64,000 bases of DNA from a candidate division FCPU426 bacterium. GTDB taxonomy: Bacteria > Oederibacteriota > JAAXVQ01 > JAUVAV01. How positions within the stretch are numbered: position 1 is the stretch's first letter; the number at the start of each line of letters is the position of its first letter. The translations under genes were made by a program, and so were the position numbers. Shown one piece after another: positions 48,285 through 58,015 of the stretch. Below the pieces are notes generated by a model that was not told the origin of the DNA, did no database searches, and saw only the letters and a program-made list of their open reading frames with translations. The DNA is taken from assembly GCA_040756875.1 (NCBI GenBank), contig JBFLYH010000001.1, positions 64,001-128,000 of the forward strand. Direction: 5' to 3'.

Positions 48285-49112
48285 ATGAAACATCCCTTGG
48301 TATCTATTTTAGTTTTCCTAATGCTGATCTGTTTAGTCTCAATTACCCCTTCCTCTGCCCGCGACTGGCCTGAGTCCCGCACTGCGACTATCTACTCCCA
48401 AGGCGCCCGCATTCCTTATCTCCCATCCGGCGGCACGGAAAGCAAACCATCCACCTGCCAAGGCGCTTCCACGCAATTGCGGATCACCCAGGTTCTGGCA
48501 AAAATGCCCCGGCACGACGTGGACCTGGGCCGGACTACGCTGACCTTGCTTTCTTTGGATGGCAAGAAGGAGCTGCTTAAAGAGACCTTTACCGAGGTTT
48601 GGGAATGCCTGGGGTACAATCCAACCGCCAAGCGTTATGTCCTGATCACCAAGAATGAACACGGCACCAAAGTCACTTTGCGCGGCTTGGTCTATTTGGA
48701 AGAGAACCCGGCGAGGTTCAAGGATTCGGTGTTTGGAGAAAAACAGTTTGAAGCTGCGGCGTCCTTGCCCGGGCCGGATGGGAACTATCTGGCGCTGATC
48801 GGCGCTCCGGAAGGGGAAGACACCTACAAGCTGTATGTCCTGAATCTGGTCGCGGACAAACTGCAACTCCTGGGCGATGCGCCTGGCCCTCCGCCTCTGA
48901 CCAAGGAAGATTTGGAATGGCCGGAAGCCTTGGACATGATGGCAGCCTGGGAAGCGCCGGAACGGCACTACACTGAGCTGGAACCAGGCATCTGGTCCTT
49001 CACGAACCCGTCCACCCTGCAAGTCAGCTATGGCAAAGACACCTATAAAGCCCGCAATAAAAAGCGCAGCATAAAAACCTGGGATTTAAAAAGCCTGTTC
49101 AAACCAATTTAG
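48285..49112 (+). CDS. Secreted hypothetical protein
   Basis: Signal peptide from MKHPLV; stop codon overlaps the repeat copy at 49112. Confidence 0.7.
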   Translation: MKHPLVSILVFLMLICLVSITPSSARDWPESRTATIYSQGARIPYLPSGGTESKPSTCQGASTQLRITQVLAKMPRHDVDLGRTTLTLLSLDGKKELLKETFTEVWECLGYNPTAKRYVLITKNEHGTKVTLRGLVYLEENPARFKDSVFGEKQFEAAASLPGPDGNYLALIGAPEGEDTYKLYVLNLVADKLQLLGDAPGPPPLTKEDLEWPEALDMMAAWEAPERHYTELEPGIWSFTNPSTLQVSYGKDTYKARNKKRSIKTWDLKSLFKPI

Positions 49113-49370
49113 GGACGTTGTTTGAATGTCCGGATGTCCCGCGGCCTCGCCTTTTCTCCTCAAACTTGAACCCGTAAATGTTCGATTTCCTTTAAGCATG
49201 GGCGCTTCATCCCGGACCCTTTGCGAAAAAGCCGGGAAGGGGAAAAGAACCAAGGGGATTGAGGGTTGACACTGAGAGCGTAATCTTTTATTAATAGTGA
49301 AAACGGGCTGTCCTCGATATAACCTCCGAATCAAACCGGCTGGCCGTAATCAAAGCGCGCGAGGTATAGG

Positions 49371-50474
49371 ATGAGAAAAAATATCTGGGTCATGGGCATG
49401 ATCATGTGGTTGGCCCTTCCTGCCATGGGGCAGGCGGTCACCTTCGGGGAAACCGGCACTGGCACAGCCGGCAGCACGGTGAACGGTTATCTGATGCTGT
49501 GCCAATTCACCTGCCCGGCGGATGGAACCATAAACCGGATAAACTTGAGAGTTGATTATACGAACGGCAGCGGCCGGGTGGCCATTTACTCCAATGCCGG
49601 GGCCGATCAACCCGGCGTGCTGCTGGCTGAAAGCGCTTCCCAGGGCGTCAGCACCGGCTGGAACACTTTTACCGTCGCTTCTACGGCCGTGAGCAATGGA
49701 GCAACCTATTGGCTGGCCTTTCAATTGAATTCCAGCATTACCGGCGTCCGCTATTACACGGATTCAAACCTGAATAAACAGCGGTATTACAATTACGCCT
49801 ATGCCGCTTTTCCGGCCAACTTGTCCGGCAGCCCGCCCAACGGCTCCCTGGCGGCCCGGACCTGCATCTATGCCTTTGACGTCGAAACGCCGACGCCGAC
49901 GCTCACAGCTTCGGCGACCGCGACGCTCTCCGCCACCATTTCCCCCACGGCGACCATCACTCCCACTGTTACTGACACGCCCACCCTGACCTCCACGGCC
50001 ACGCCCTCGGATTCGCCGACCCGCACCGTCACCACGACCACAACGCCCACAGGCACGATCACCCCGACCGCGACCATCACCTTGACCTCCACCATCAGCC
50101 CGACTTTTACGATCAGCCCGACCGCAACCGTTTCCCCGATGGTCACGGCAACCGTGTTGCCCGCCTCCAGCCTGACCTCCACCCCGAACCTCCTGGCGGA
50201 GGTATTGTTAAACGGGAAGCAGGCGATGGTTTTCCCCAACCCCGCCCGGGATGAGGTCCGGTTCCTGGTGCATCTGGACCGGGCGGCAACCCTGCGGCTG
50301 GACCTGTTCAATTCGAACGGTGAAAGGATCGCGGGCCTGGACGCCGCTTTGCCGGCCGGCCGGGGGCAGGTCATTCAATGGGATTGCCGCGATGTGGCGC
50401 CCGGCGTATACCACGTCCGCCTGCTGAAGGACGGGCAGGCCTGGGAAAAGCTAAAAGTGGCGGTCGTAAGGTAG
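49371..50474 (+). CDS. Secreted protein with beta-sandwich domain, Thr-Pro linker and T9SS type-A-like CTD
   Basis: Signal peptide; RVAIYS...GWN...YWLAF; TPT linker; VFPNP...APGVYHV...KVAVVR. Confidence 0.8.
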   Translation: MRKNIWVMGMIMWLALPAMGQAVTFGETGTGTAGSTVNGYLMLCQFTCPADGTINRINLRVDYTNGSGRVAIYSNAGADQPGVLLAESASQGVSTGWNTFTVASTAVSNGATYWLAFQLNSSITGVRYYTDSNLNKQRYYNYAYAAFPANLSGSPPNGSLAARTCIYAFDVETPTPTLTASATATLSATISPTATITPTVTDTPTLTSTATPSDSPTRTVTTTTTPTGTITPTATITLTSTISPTFTISPTATVSPMVTATVLPASSLTSTPNLLAEVLLNGKQAMVFPNPARDEVRFLVHLDRAATLRLDLFNSNGERIAGLDAALPAGRGQVIQWDCRDVAPGVYHVRLLKDGQAWEKLKVAVVR

Positions 50475-50674
50475 AGAAACAGGGTGGTGAATAGAGACGT
50501 AGTTTCTGAATAGGGACCTGGTTTGAATGTCCGGATGTCCCGCGGTCTTGCCTTCTCCCCTCGTGTCTAAATCGGGAACTCCGGTAGTACAAAAAATCGG
50601 GAGACACCAAGATTGAGAACAGAGTCTGTTTGCTGGTTTAGAAGAAGCGCGTGGAAATGAGCGGCGCGGGGGGA

Positions 50675-51280
50675 CTAGCTCCAGGTGAATTCGAGGACGC
50701 AATGCGATTTGCCCTGCCGGATGCATTGCAATTGCCGGGCCCGGACGCTCTCGGCGCCGGAGTATTGCAGCGCCGTGGAGACCCAGCCTTCGCAACCCAC
50801 GCAGACGGATTGTTTCCAGACCTGCGTATCGTGCATGTGATATACCACCCGTTTGTCTGCGACCTCGGCCACGCTCATGCTTCCGGGCGTGAAATAGCGT
50901 TTGAAAATAGCCGGCACCCGTTTGGCGATGAACAGGGGAGTGCCGATCTTTAAAAAAATCGTCAGGACCGTGCTGAGATCGTGAAAAGCCGAAAAAGCGG
51001 CGAGTTCCCGAAAAAGTCGGGGATCCCCGTCATTTAAGGAAGCCAGGTAGTCGTAGGTTTGAAGAAAGAGGCGGCCCGGCAAACGGGAGACAGACAGCAC
51101 CTTGTCCGAGGACCAGTACTCGGCGTCCTGCGGGGGCAGTTGGGCCAAAAAACGTTTATACGCCTCCTGGCCCAGGCTTTCTTGAAACCAATGCCTGCCC
51201 CCCAGGAGCAGGGTGGCGCGAAAAAGCGGGTCTGCCATAGGCGGCGGCTTTCCCTTCTCTGCAGTATCTGCCTTATTCAT
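50675..51280 (-). CDS. V4R/H-NOX-like (DUF2378-like) protein, paralog 3
   Basis: FRAT, VLSVSRLP, IFKRYFTPG, QCIRQGKSHCVLEFTW. Confidence 0.65.
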   Translation of the reverse strand: MNKADTAEKGKPPPMADPLFRATLLLGGRHWFQESLGQEAYKRFLAQLPPQDAEYWSSDKVLSVSRLPGRLFLQTYDYLASLNDGDPRLFRELAAFSAFHDLSTVLTIFLKIGTPLFIAKRVPAIFKRYFTPGSMSVAEVADKRVVYHMHDTQVWKQSVCVGCEGWVSTALQYSGAESVRARQLQCIRQGKSHCVLEFTWS

Positions 51281-51387
51281 AGTAACGTACGCGCGGATGA
51301 AACTTAAACAGATAATCTTTGTTAATTATTTACGTCTCCCTTAATCCGCCTGCCCCTAAAATACACAAACCTAAATCAAATGCAGTC

Positions 51388-51873
51388 TCACCGGAGCTTA
51401 AGCAGCTTTACGATATCTCCTTCAATCTGGAGCGGCCGGACAGCCGGGGCATAGCGCTTGAACGGCTTGCCGTCCCGGCTGATCAGGAACTTGGTGAAGT
51501 TCCACTTGATCCTGCCTCCGAAGGGGCCTCCGGGCAGGGCTTTTTTCAGGTAGGCGAACACTGGGTGGGTCTTCTTGCCGTTCACGTCAATCAATCCGCT
51601 CAACTGGAAAGTCACCCCGAAATTCACTTTGCAGACCTGCACGACGGTTTTATTGGTCTCGGGTTCCTGCCCGAGAAACTGGTTGCAGGGAAACCCGAGC
51701 ACGACCAGGCCGTGGTCCTTATATTTTTGGTGCAACTGCTCAAGTTCGACGAACTGGGGGGCCAGGCCGCATTTCGTGGCTGTATTGACCACCAGCACCA
51801 CCTTGCCCTTGTACTCGCTCAGGTTTAAAGTCCTGCCGATCGTATCGCGGAAAGATAAATCGTAGAATTCCAT
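51388..51873 (-). CDS. Glutathione peroxidase family (Cys type)
   Basis: VNTATKCGLAPQ, LGFPCNQF, IKWNFTKFL. Confidence 0.95.
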   Translation of the reverse strand: MEFYDLSFRDTIGRTLNLSEYKGKVVLVVNTATKCGLAPQFVELEQLHQKYKDHGLVVLGFPCNQFLGQEPETNKTVVQVCKVNFGVTFQLSGLIDVNGKKTHPVFAYLKKALPGGPFGGRIKWNFTKFLISRDGKPFKRYAPAVRPLQIEGDIVKLLKLR

Positions 51874-52240
51874 GGTTAACACCCCGGTTGGTGATGGTTG
51901 TATGCAATAGCCTGTAATACTTGGACACCCATTATATGCCTTGGCCGTGATTTAAACCGCGTTATTCCGCCGGAAGGGTGCCGGCGTTGATAAACCGGGA
52001 CGTTATTTATGCGTCCGCATGACCCGTGTTTCGCCTGCTGAAAATTAGCCGCAATTAAAGAGGAGGGGCATGGATAAGTAAATAAAAAAATGAGATACTC
52101 TGATGGAAATGCTTATATAATTATCAACGTTCCCAAGTGCTCACTAACGCAGGTATGGGTGGGCAGCCAGAACTGGCGCAAGCCGAAAGCGGCAGATCAG
52201 CGGCTTGAGGCGCTGCGATTACGCTCCGGGAGAAGAGGGC

Positions 52241-52786
52241 ATGCCTAAGAACAAAGGAACCAACTATTACTTCACCACCACCAAACTGCTCGAAAAAAGC
52301 GGCCCCAGTGCCCGGCAAAAATTCCTGGAGCAGCTGACCCCGGCGGAGCGGGCTTTTCACGAGAAGGCCCTGGAAATCAGCTGGCTGGATGCTGCCATGG
52401 TTTCCGCCAATCTGGCCAAGGCGGCCAGGATCATCTTCCCGGGCAGGGACCATCCGCTGCAGGAATGCGGCCGCCTCGAGGCGCTGGACCACCTGACCGG
52501 CATGTACCGCATCTTCTTGAGATTCGTTTCGGTCGAGATGGTGATGAAACAGGCCGCGAAAATATGGCGGCAGTACCACGACGCCGGCGCTGCCTATGTC
52601 AAGAAAACGGGTGATAAGCGCCTGATTCTCTTCGTGGAAGCATACCCCGAGCTGACCCCGGAGTTGCGGGACATCGTGGCCGGGTACTGCCAAGGGACCA
52701 TTGAACTGACCGGCGCGCGCGAAGTCGTCATTGCCATCAATGACAAAAATCCGGCGCAGTGGCAGTTCGAAGTGAGCTGGAAGTAG
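52241..52786 (+). CDS. V4R/H-NOX-like (DUF2378-like) protein, paralog 4
   Basis: NKGT, LEISWL, GMYRIFL, IWRQYHDAG, GTIELTGA. Confidence 0.7.
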   Translation: MPKNKGTNYYFTTTKLLEKSGPSARQKFLEQLTPAERAFHEKALEISWLDAAMVSANLAKAARIIFPGRDHPLQECGRLEALDHLTGMYRIFLRFVSVEMVMKQAAKIWRQYHDAGAAYVKKTGDKRLILFVEAYPELTPELRDIVAGYCQGTIELTGAREVVIAINDKNPAQWQFEVSWK

Positions 52787-52871
52787 CGCGGCGCGAGCCC
52801 GCCAGGGAGCGGAAAATCCGCTCGTTTTATGTATAGATAGGAAAACGCCACACCTAGCTTGCGAGGAACGC

Positions 52872-53285
52872 ATGGCTGCGCCCACCACCATTACAGCCCC
52901 TCTCATCGCCCCCTGCGGAATGAACTGCGCCATCTGCCTGGGGCATTTGCGCGAGAAACGCCATTGCCCGGGCTGCACTCTCCTCAACCAAACCGAAGAT
53001 GTGTATGTGCGTAAATGCGTCCTCCGCCTCTGCCAAAAGCGGGGCAAGCGGAAACACTGTTTTGCCTGCGGGGATTATCCCTGCCGCCGGCTCAAACAGC
53101 TGGACAAGCGCTACCGCCTGCGCTACGGCATGAGCATGCTCGAAAACCTGGCGTTCATCCGGGAACAGGGCATCCGGGCGTTCGTGCGGCAGGAGCGGGT
53201 CCGCTGGCAGTGCCGCAGCTGCGGAAACCTAGTGTGCGTGCACCGGGAAAACTGCCTGTCCTGCGGCGCCGCGCGGCGACCTTAG
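52872..53285 (+). CDS. DUF3795 Cys-rich protein
   Basis: IAPCGMNCAIC...CPGC...CFACGDYPC...CRSCG. Confidence 0.85.
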   Translation: MAAPTTITAPLIAPCGMNCAICLGHLREKRHCPGCTLLNQTEDVYVRKCVLRLCQKRGKRKHCFACGDYPCRRLKQLDKRYRLRYGMSMLENLAFIREQGIRAFVRQERVRWQCRSCGNLVCVHRENCLSCGAARRP

Positions 53286-53293
53286 GAGGAGTC

Positions 53294-53698
53294 GTGGGAA
53301 ACGTCATTTATCACATCCTCACGCGCAGCGACCTGAAGGAATCAGTCAAAAACAACTCCTACCAGCCCGCCCGGTATGAAAGCGACGGCTTTATCCACTG
53401 CGCCGCAGACCCCGCGACCTCCCTGCAGGTGCTGGAAGATTATTTTGCGGGCCTGGCCGAAAGCCGCGAAATATTGATTTTGGAAATTGACGTAACCAGA
53501 GTGAAAGCCGAAGTGAAATTTGAAGCGCCGGCCCCGGTCGCGGGCCTTGGCCCGGGCCATGCGGACAAGCACGTTTTGTTCCCGCATATTTACGGGCTCC
53601 TGAACCTGGACGCGGTTGTCGGCATCGGGAAAGCCGCAAGAACCGGCGATGCCTTTGTCTGGCCGGAAACCTTCGAGGATCCGAACCAATACTTCTAA
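53294..53698 (+). CDS. DUF952 family protein
   Basis: IYHIL...DGFIHC...FPHIYGLLNLDAV; GTG start behind aggagg. Confidence 0.85.
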   Translation: MGNVIYHILTRSDLKESVKNNSYQPARYESDGFIHCAADPATSLQVLEDYFAGLAESREILILEIDVTRVKAEVKFEAPAPVAGLGPGHADKHVLFPHIYGLLNLDAVVGIGKAARTGDAFVWPETFEDPNQYF

Positions 53699-53827
53699 TC
53701 AACCCCGCCAAGCGGTGTTGCCGTCCTGTGGAAATTCCTTCGAAAAGACCGATTGCGCATATAGGGGTCAGCCGGAAACAGCCGATACTGGAAGGGAAGG
53801 GATAACTCCGCCGGGGGGCGCCTGCCC

Positions 53828-54820
53828 ATGGCCGGAAAAACCGAAGATTATTTCGTCTATTACGTGGAAGTGTCGGGGCTTTGCAATTACCGCTGCCCCT
53901 CTTGCCCGAACGGCAACTATCCCCGGCCCCAGGCCAAGGGCTACATGCCTTTGGACCTTTACGGGGCGATTTTGGAAAAAATCGCCAAAACCTCGCCGGG
54001 CCGCTCCACCATCCTCTACCTTTTCAACTGGGGCGAACCGACCCTGCACCCCGAACTGCCGCGGATGATCGAAATGGCGCGGGCGCTCGGCCTGGCGCCG
54101 CATTTATCCAGCAACCTGGGGGCCCCCAAAAACCTGAGGGAAATCGTCCGGGCGCGGCCGGCTTCGTTCCGCATATCCCTTTCCGGTTATTTTCAGGAAA
54201 CGTACGCCCAAACCCACCAGCCCGGGGACATTGAACAGGTCAAGGCCAATGTCCGGGCCCTCCACTCGCACCTGGACGAGCAGAGGGGCGGTTTCCCGGT
54301 GGAATTTTTCTACCATAAATACCGGCACAACCTGGGCCGGGATTTGCTGAAAATGAAAGAGTGGGCCGCCGAGCTCCGTTTTGCCCTGACCGCGCTGTGG
54401 GCCCAATACATGCCCGTGGAAAAACTGCTGGCGTACTACGACGGAAATCCCGATCCCAAGGACCGTCCGCTCCTGGAACTGCTGGCCATTACTCCAGAGG
54501 AGTTCCGGCAGGTCTCCCTGGCCCTGCGGCCCGGGCATCCGGACTGCGACCTGCGGGCCCGCCAAATGTGCATTGATTTCGACGGCGCGGTGTCCCTGTG
54601 CTGCGCGTCCTATGACCGGAGCAATTTTCTGGCCGGCGGGTACCTGGATTGCTCCCACGAGGAGCTGCAGCAGCAGAAATACCGGCATCCCCTGTGCGCC
54701 CGCTGCCTGCGCGAGGGGTGCGACGTGACCTATGTCTACGGCGGCTTGAAGGAGTTGGACGCTTTGGTCGAACGCAAATGGGGGTCAGAGACGGCTTGCC
54801 CCCATCCCTCCGCCTGCTGA
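53828..54820 (+). CDS. Radical SAM protein with SPASM/twitch-like C-terminus
   Basis: CNYRCPSC, FNWGEPTLH, DGAVSLCC, CARC. Confidence 0.9.
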   Translation: MAGKTEDYFVYYVEVSGLCNYRCPSCPNGNYPRPQAKGYMPLDLYGAILEKIAKTSPGRSTILYLFNWGEPTLHPELPRMIEMARALGLAPHLSSNLGAPKNLREIVRARPASFRISLSGYFQETYAQTHQPGDIEQVKANVRALHSHLDEQRGGFPVEFFYHKYRHNLGRDLLKMKEWAAELRFALTALWAQYMPVEKLLAYYDGNPDPKDRPLLELLAITPEEFRQVSLALRPGHPDCDLRARQMCIDFDGAVSLCCASYDRSNFLAGGYLDCSHEELQQQKYRHPLCARCLREGCDVTYVYGGLKELDALVERKWGSETACPHPSAC

Positions 54821-54834
54821 TATCCTTCTGTGAG

Positions 54835-56415
54835 TCAATTGCCGAGTTGATACAGGGCCAGATGGCTGACAGCGATGGAAAAAGGGCCGGGATCTCCGGG
54901 AGCAAGCGCGGCCAGGCGCACGCGCACCCTGCCCTGGCCGGCCCGCAGCCAGGCCGGGTCCAAGGGCGCTTTGAACAGCGCGCTCTCGGGCTGGTAAACC
55001 GCGTGCCGGCACAGCTCGATCCCGCCTGCCGAGAGGTCCAGGCTGAAAAAGTGCTCTTCGGTTTGGGCGCAGAAAATCCTGAAGACCAGCAGTGTGGGCG
55101 TTTCCAGGGCGACGGCCGGGAGCTGCAGCCAGGCTTCAGACGAAAGGTTGATGATGGACCGCAGGTCATGGGTCAGGCCGTCCATGGCGATCAGCGGAAA
55201 TTCGCCCTGGAGCATGTTCCAGCTTTCAGCCGGGAACACGTTGCGGAGGTCCTGCTCTGACGCGGACTGCACGTCCGGCACCAGGGAGGGCCGGGTCAGG
55301 AAAGGCCTGAGCGCCTCGGGAAAGCCGTCGTAAACCCCCTCCGCCTGGCGGCAGGTCCGATTGAAAGTTTCCTCGCTCTGCTTCAGGGCGTGCTGCGGAA
55401 CAGCCGCCCCTTTTTTTCGCGCCACCATCTGCAGGGGCGCGCCGAAAATTTGCGCCAGCTTCAGGATGAAGTCCCCGTCTTCGCGTTCGGGCAGGGCGTG
55501 GAGTTCCCGCCCCACGCGCTGGGCCAGGGCGCGGATCTCGGTCTCGTTCGGCAGCGAACGGCCGGCCCCGGCTTCCCGCGGGGTCAGCAGGGGCAGGGTT
55601 TCCCGCGCGCCGGCGAGCAGGTGCGCTTCCAGGCCGGCCGCGATTTTCCAGGCCGGCTCCTGCCGCTGCTGCATCAGGCTTTTTTCCCAATCTCCCATGC
55701 ACGAGGCAGTGGAGAGGAACACTGAGAGGATGTCGCAGCTTTCCTCGGTGATCTCCAGCAGGGTGGGCAGGGGCATGCTTTGGTTTTCCACCATGCCGAA
55801 GAGGCTTTCGGGCCGGCTTCCCAGGTAGGGTTCGGCCACGGTGGTCAGCAGGCCCAGCTGGTTAAGCTTGGATTCCAGGGGCGAAAATTCGTGCGGCCGG
55901 TTGCAGCGGAACTTGTAAAAGCACAGGGAACGGAGCGTGGGTTCGTTCTCCAGAAACAGCAGGCCGCCCGGTGTCAGGACCCGCATCATTTCGCGCAGCA
56001 CTTGCGGATAGTTCCAGGTGTGGTGCAGGGCCGAACAGATGAAGGCCACGTTGAAGGAGGCGTCGTCAAAGGGCAGGGAATGGAAATCGCCGGTCACCCG
56101 CCTGGGATTGTCCGGGGCCGCGCCCGGGGTTTCGCCCAGTTTCTGCCCGAGGCGCAGGGAGTGGCGGGACAGTTCGAACAGCGTGACCCTGGCGCCCAGG
56201 CGCTGCGCCAGGGCATACCCCGTGGTGTGGGCGTAGCAGGCCACTTCCAGGATATGCAGGGACCCGGAGGCGCCGGCGCCGTGCTGGCGGATGATTTGCG
56301 CCACTTCCTGGTAATGCCGCTCGCTCTCCGCGGCAATGCGCGGGTCCACGATCAACGAATGCCAGGCGGATTCACCCAGCAAGGGCAGCAGTTGCGTTCC
56401 CAAGGTTGTCGGCAA
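54835..56415 (-). CDS. Class I SAM-dependent methyltransferase with C-terminal extension
   Basis: GDFHSLPFDDASFN, SALHH, MRVLTPGG; start position uncertain. Confidence 0.8.
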   Translation of the reverse strand: MPTTLGTQLLPLLGESAWHSLIVDPRIAAESERHYQEVAQIIRQHGAGASGSLHILEVACYAHTTGYALAQRLGARVTLFELSRHSLRLGQKLGETPGAAPDNPRRVTGDFHSLPFDDASFNVAFICSALHHTWNYPQVLREMMRVLTPGGLLFLENEPTLRSLCFYKFRCNRPHEFSPLESKLNQLGLLTTVAEPYLGSRPESLFGMVENQSMPLPTLLEITEESCDILSVFLSTASCMGDWEKSLMQQRQEPAWKIAAGLEAHLLAGARETLPLLTPREAGAGRSLPNETEIRALAQRVGRELHALPEREDGDFILKLAQIFGAPLQMVARKKGAAVPQHALKQSEETFNRTCRQAEGVYDGFPEALRPFLTRPSLVPDVQSASEQDLRNVFPAESWNMLQGEFPLIAMDGLTHDLRSIINLSSEAWLQLPAVALETPTLLVFRIFCAQTEEHFFSLDLSAGGIELCRHAVYQPESALFKAPLDPAWLRAGQGRVRVRLAALAPGDPGPFSIAVSHLALYQLGN

Positions 56416-56525
56416 GAGGCCCCCCTCCTCACGGCACGCCTGGCAGCAGGCTGAAGTTCTGTTTAAATTTTCGGCTGCCCTTGGGCTATAATGAAGCGCA
56501 ATTTATCCCCGTTCCAAGGAGCGCC

Positions 56526-57098
56526 ATGCCTGCCATCCCCCCTGTCCTGGCTTTTCCTGACGCCAAAACCTTCCGCGCCTGGCTGGCCAGGCATCACACC
56601 CTGGCCGAGGGTATCTGGCTCAGGTTTTTCAAGAAAGACTCAGACAAAAAAAGCGTTACATATGATCAGGCCTTGGACGAAGCCTTGTGCTTCGGCTGGA
56701 TCGACGGCCAGGCCAAATCCCATGACGAAAAATCCTGGCTCCAGAAATTCACGCCGCGCCGGCCCCGGAGCGTGTGGTCCAAACGCAACCAGGAGCGCGT
56801 GGAACGGCTGCGGAAAGCCAAACGCCTGATGCCGCCCGGCCTGGAGGCGGTGGCCGCGGCTAAGGCTGACGGCCGCTGGGCAGCTGCCTATGATTCGCCC
56901 CAGAATATGCAGGTGCCCAAAGACTTTCTGGCCGCCCTGGCCAAGCATCCCAAAGCCGTGAAATTTTATCAAACCCTCAACCGCGCCAATACGTACGCTA
57001 TTGCCTGGCGACTGCAGACCGCCAAGAAACCCGAAACCCGCCAGAAACGGCTCGCCGCACTGCTGGAAATGATGAAACAGGGCAAAAAGCTCCATTGA
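56526..57098 (+). CDS. YdeI/OmpD-associated family protein
   Basis: FRAWL, EALCFGWIDG, FTPRRPRSVWS, AKKPETRQKR. Confidence 0.9.
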   Translation: MPAIPPVLAFPDAKTFRAWLARHHTLAEGIWLRFFKKDSDKKSVTYDQALDEALCFGWIDGQAKSHDEKSWLQKFTPRRPRSVWSKRNQERVERLRKAKRLMPPGLEAVAAAKADGRWAAAYDSPQNMQVPKDFLAALAKHPKAVKFYQTLNRANTYAIAWRLQTAKKPETRQKRLAALLEMMKQGKKLH

Positions 57099-57312
57099 TA
57101 CGCCCTTCGCGGTCCCTTGCCTTGATCCCTCTGGAACAGTGCGCAGGACTATCCCTGTTTCGCCGTTGAACAGCCTGCTGTTTTCACTCTTTTCAAATTT
57201 ATATTTCGGCCGATACTCTCTGTAAGGGGTCTAATATTATTGTGTCCCTTGCATCATCTATGGGATTGCCTGCCTGGTACGTGCGGTCCAAACCACTCGG
57301 GAGGGACAAGCC

Positions 57313-57750
57313 ATGGAAAAAAACCAGAGGTGTTATCCCCGCAAGGCCTTCAGGTTTCCGGTCCACTATAAATACTTTGAAAACGGAAAAATGTTCCATG
57401 CCCTGACCGGCGAAGCGATGAACATCGGGGCCAAGGGCCTGGCCATGCGGAACGACCACCCGATCCAGCACGGCCGGAAACTGCTCGCCACCTTGTGGCT
57501 CCCCCTGTCTGAAATGCGCGGGAATTTCTACGGGCCTGAGGGCGAGATGCGGGACAACCTTCCGGTCATGGTTTTCTCGCAAGTGGCGTGGTGCCAGCGC
57601 CAAAGCCAGGACCAGTATCTCACCGGCCTGCAATTCCTGGCTTTGGACATCAGCCACCAGCGCCGTCTGCGGCAATTCCTGGACAACCACGACATTTACC
57701 GCCAGGCAGCCTACGACGATTTTCCGGTCAGCGACGAAAACGAACCTTGA
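57313..57750 (+). CDS. PilZ domain protein
   Basis: QRCYPR (RxxxR), NIGAKG ((D/N)xSxxG-like), VAWC, GLQF. Confidence 0.8.
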   Translation: MEKNQRCYPRKAFRFPVHYKYFENGKMFHALTGEAMNIGAKGLAMRNDHPIQHGRKLLATLWLPLSEMRGNFYGPEGEMRDNLPVMVFSQVAWCQRQSQDQYLTGLQFLALDISHQRRLRQFLDNHDIYRQAAYDDFPVSDENEP

Positions 57751-58015
57751 CTTCAGGGCGCCAAGACGCCCGAGCCTTCCAGCCCAGCCTGTTTCCTGCA
57801 ACTCGCACCGACGGTTTCATTCCTTGCATCGCATAAACGGCCTTTGAGTTGCATTGAAAACTTCGCCAAGAAGCATTCCTGAAAAAACCGGGGCCCTTCT
57901 TTTTTGCCTTCCTTGATTCACGGGTACTGGATAAAATATGTTCATATCCGGGCGGCTGTCGCATGGTTTGGACGGCTCGCAGGATGCCCGAAAGAGGGGA
58001 GCGGGTTTTAGGCTC

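Larger units (their letters stand above)
45110..52025 (+). repeat. Dispersed ~29 bp repeat family, 8 co-oriented copies (45110, 45192, 46699, 46797, 48165, 49112, 50513, 51997)
   Basis: Approximate consensus GGGACGTWGTTTRAATGTCMRRATGWCC, read directly; none lies inside a gene body, although 49112 overlaps a stop codon. Confidence 0.9.

Noticed and set aside
51388-51873. Selenocysteine recoding in the glutathione peroxidase or the thioredoxin-like genes
   Set aside because: Active-site residues are ordinary Cys in uninterrupted ORFs.
45110-52025. CRISPR array interpretation of the ~29 bp repeats
   Set aside because: Spacing is irregular (about 80 bp to 1.5 kb) with whole genes between copies, repeats are degenerate, and no cas genes are in the window.
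52021-52240. Riboswitch or leader peptide (MDK*) upstream of paralog 4; c-di-GMP riboswitch upstream of the PilZ gene
   Set aside because: No convincing match to a riboswitch consensus that I can verify by eye; an Rfam search would be needed.
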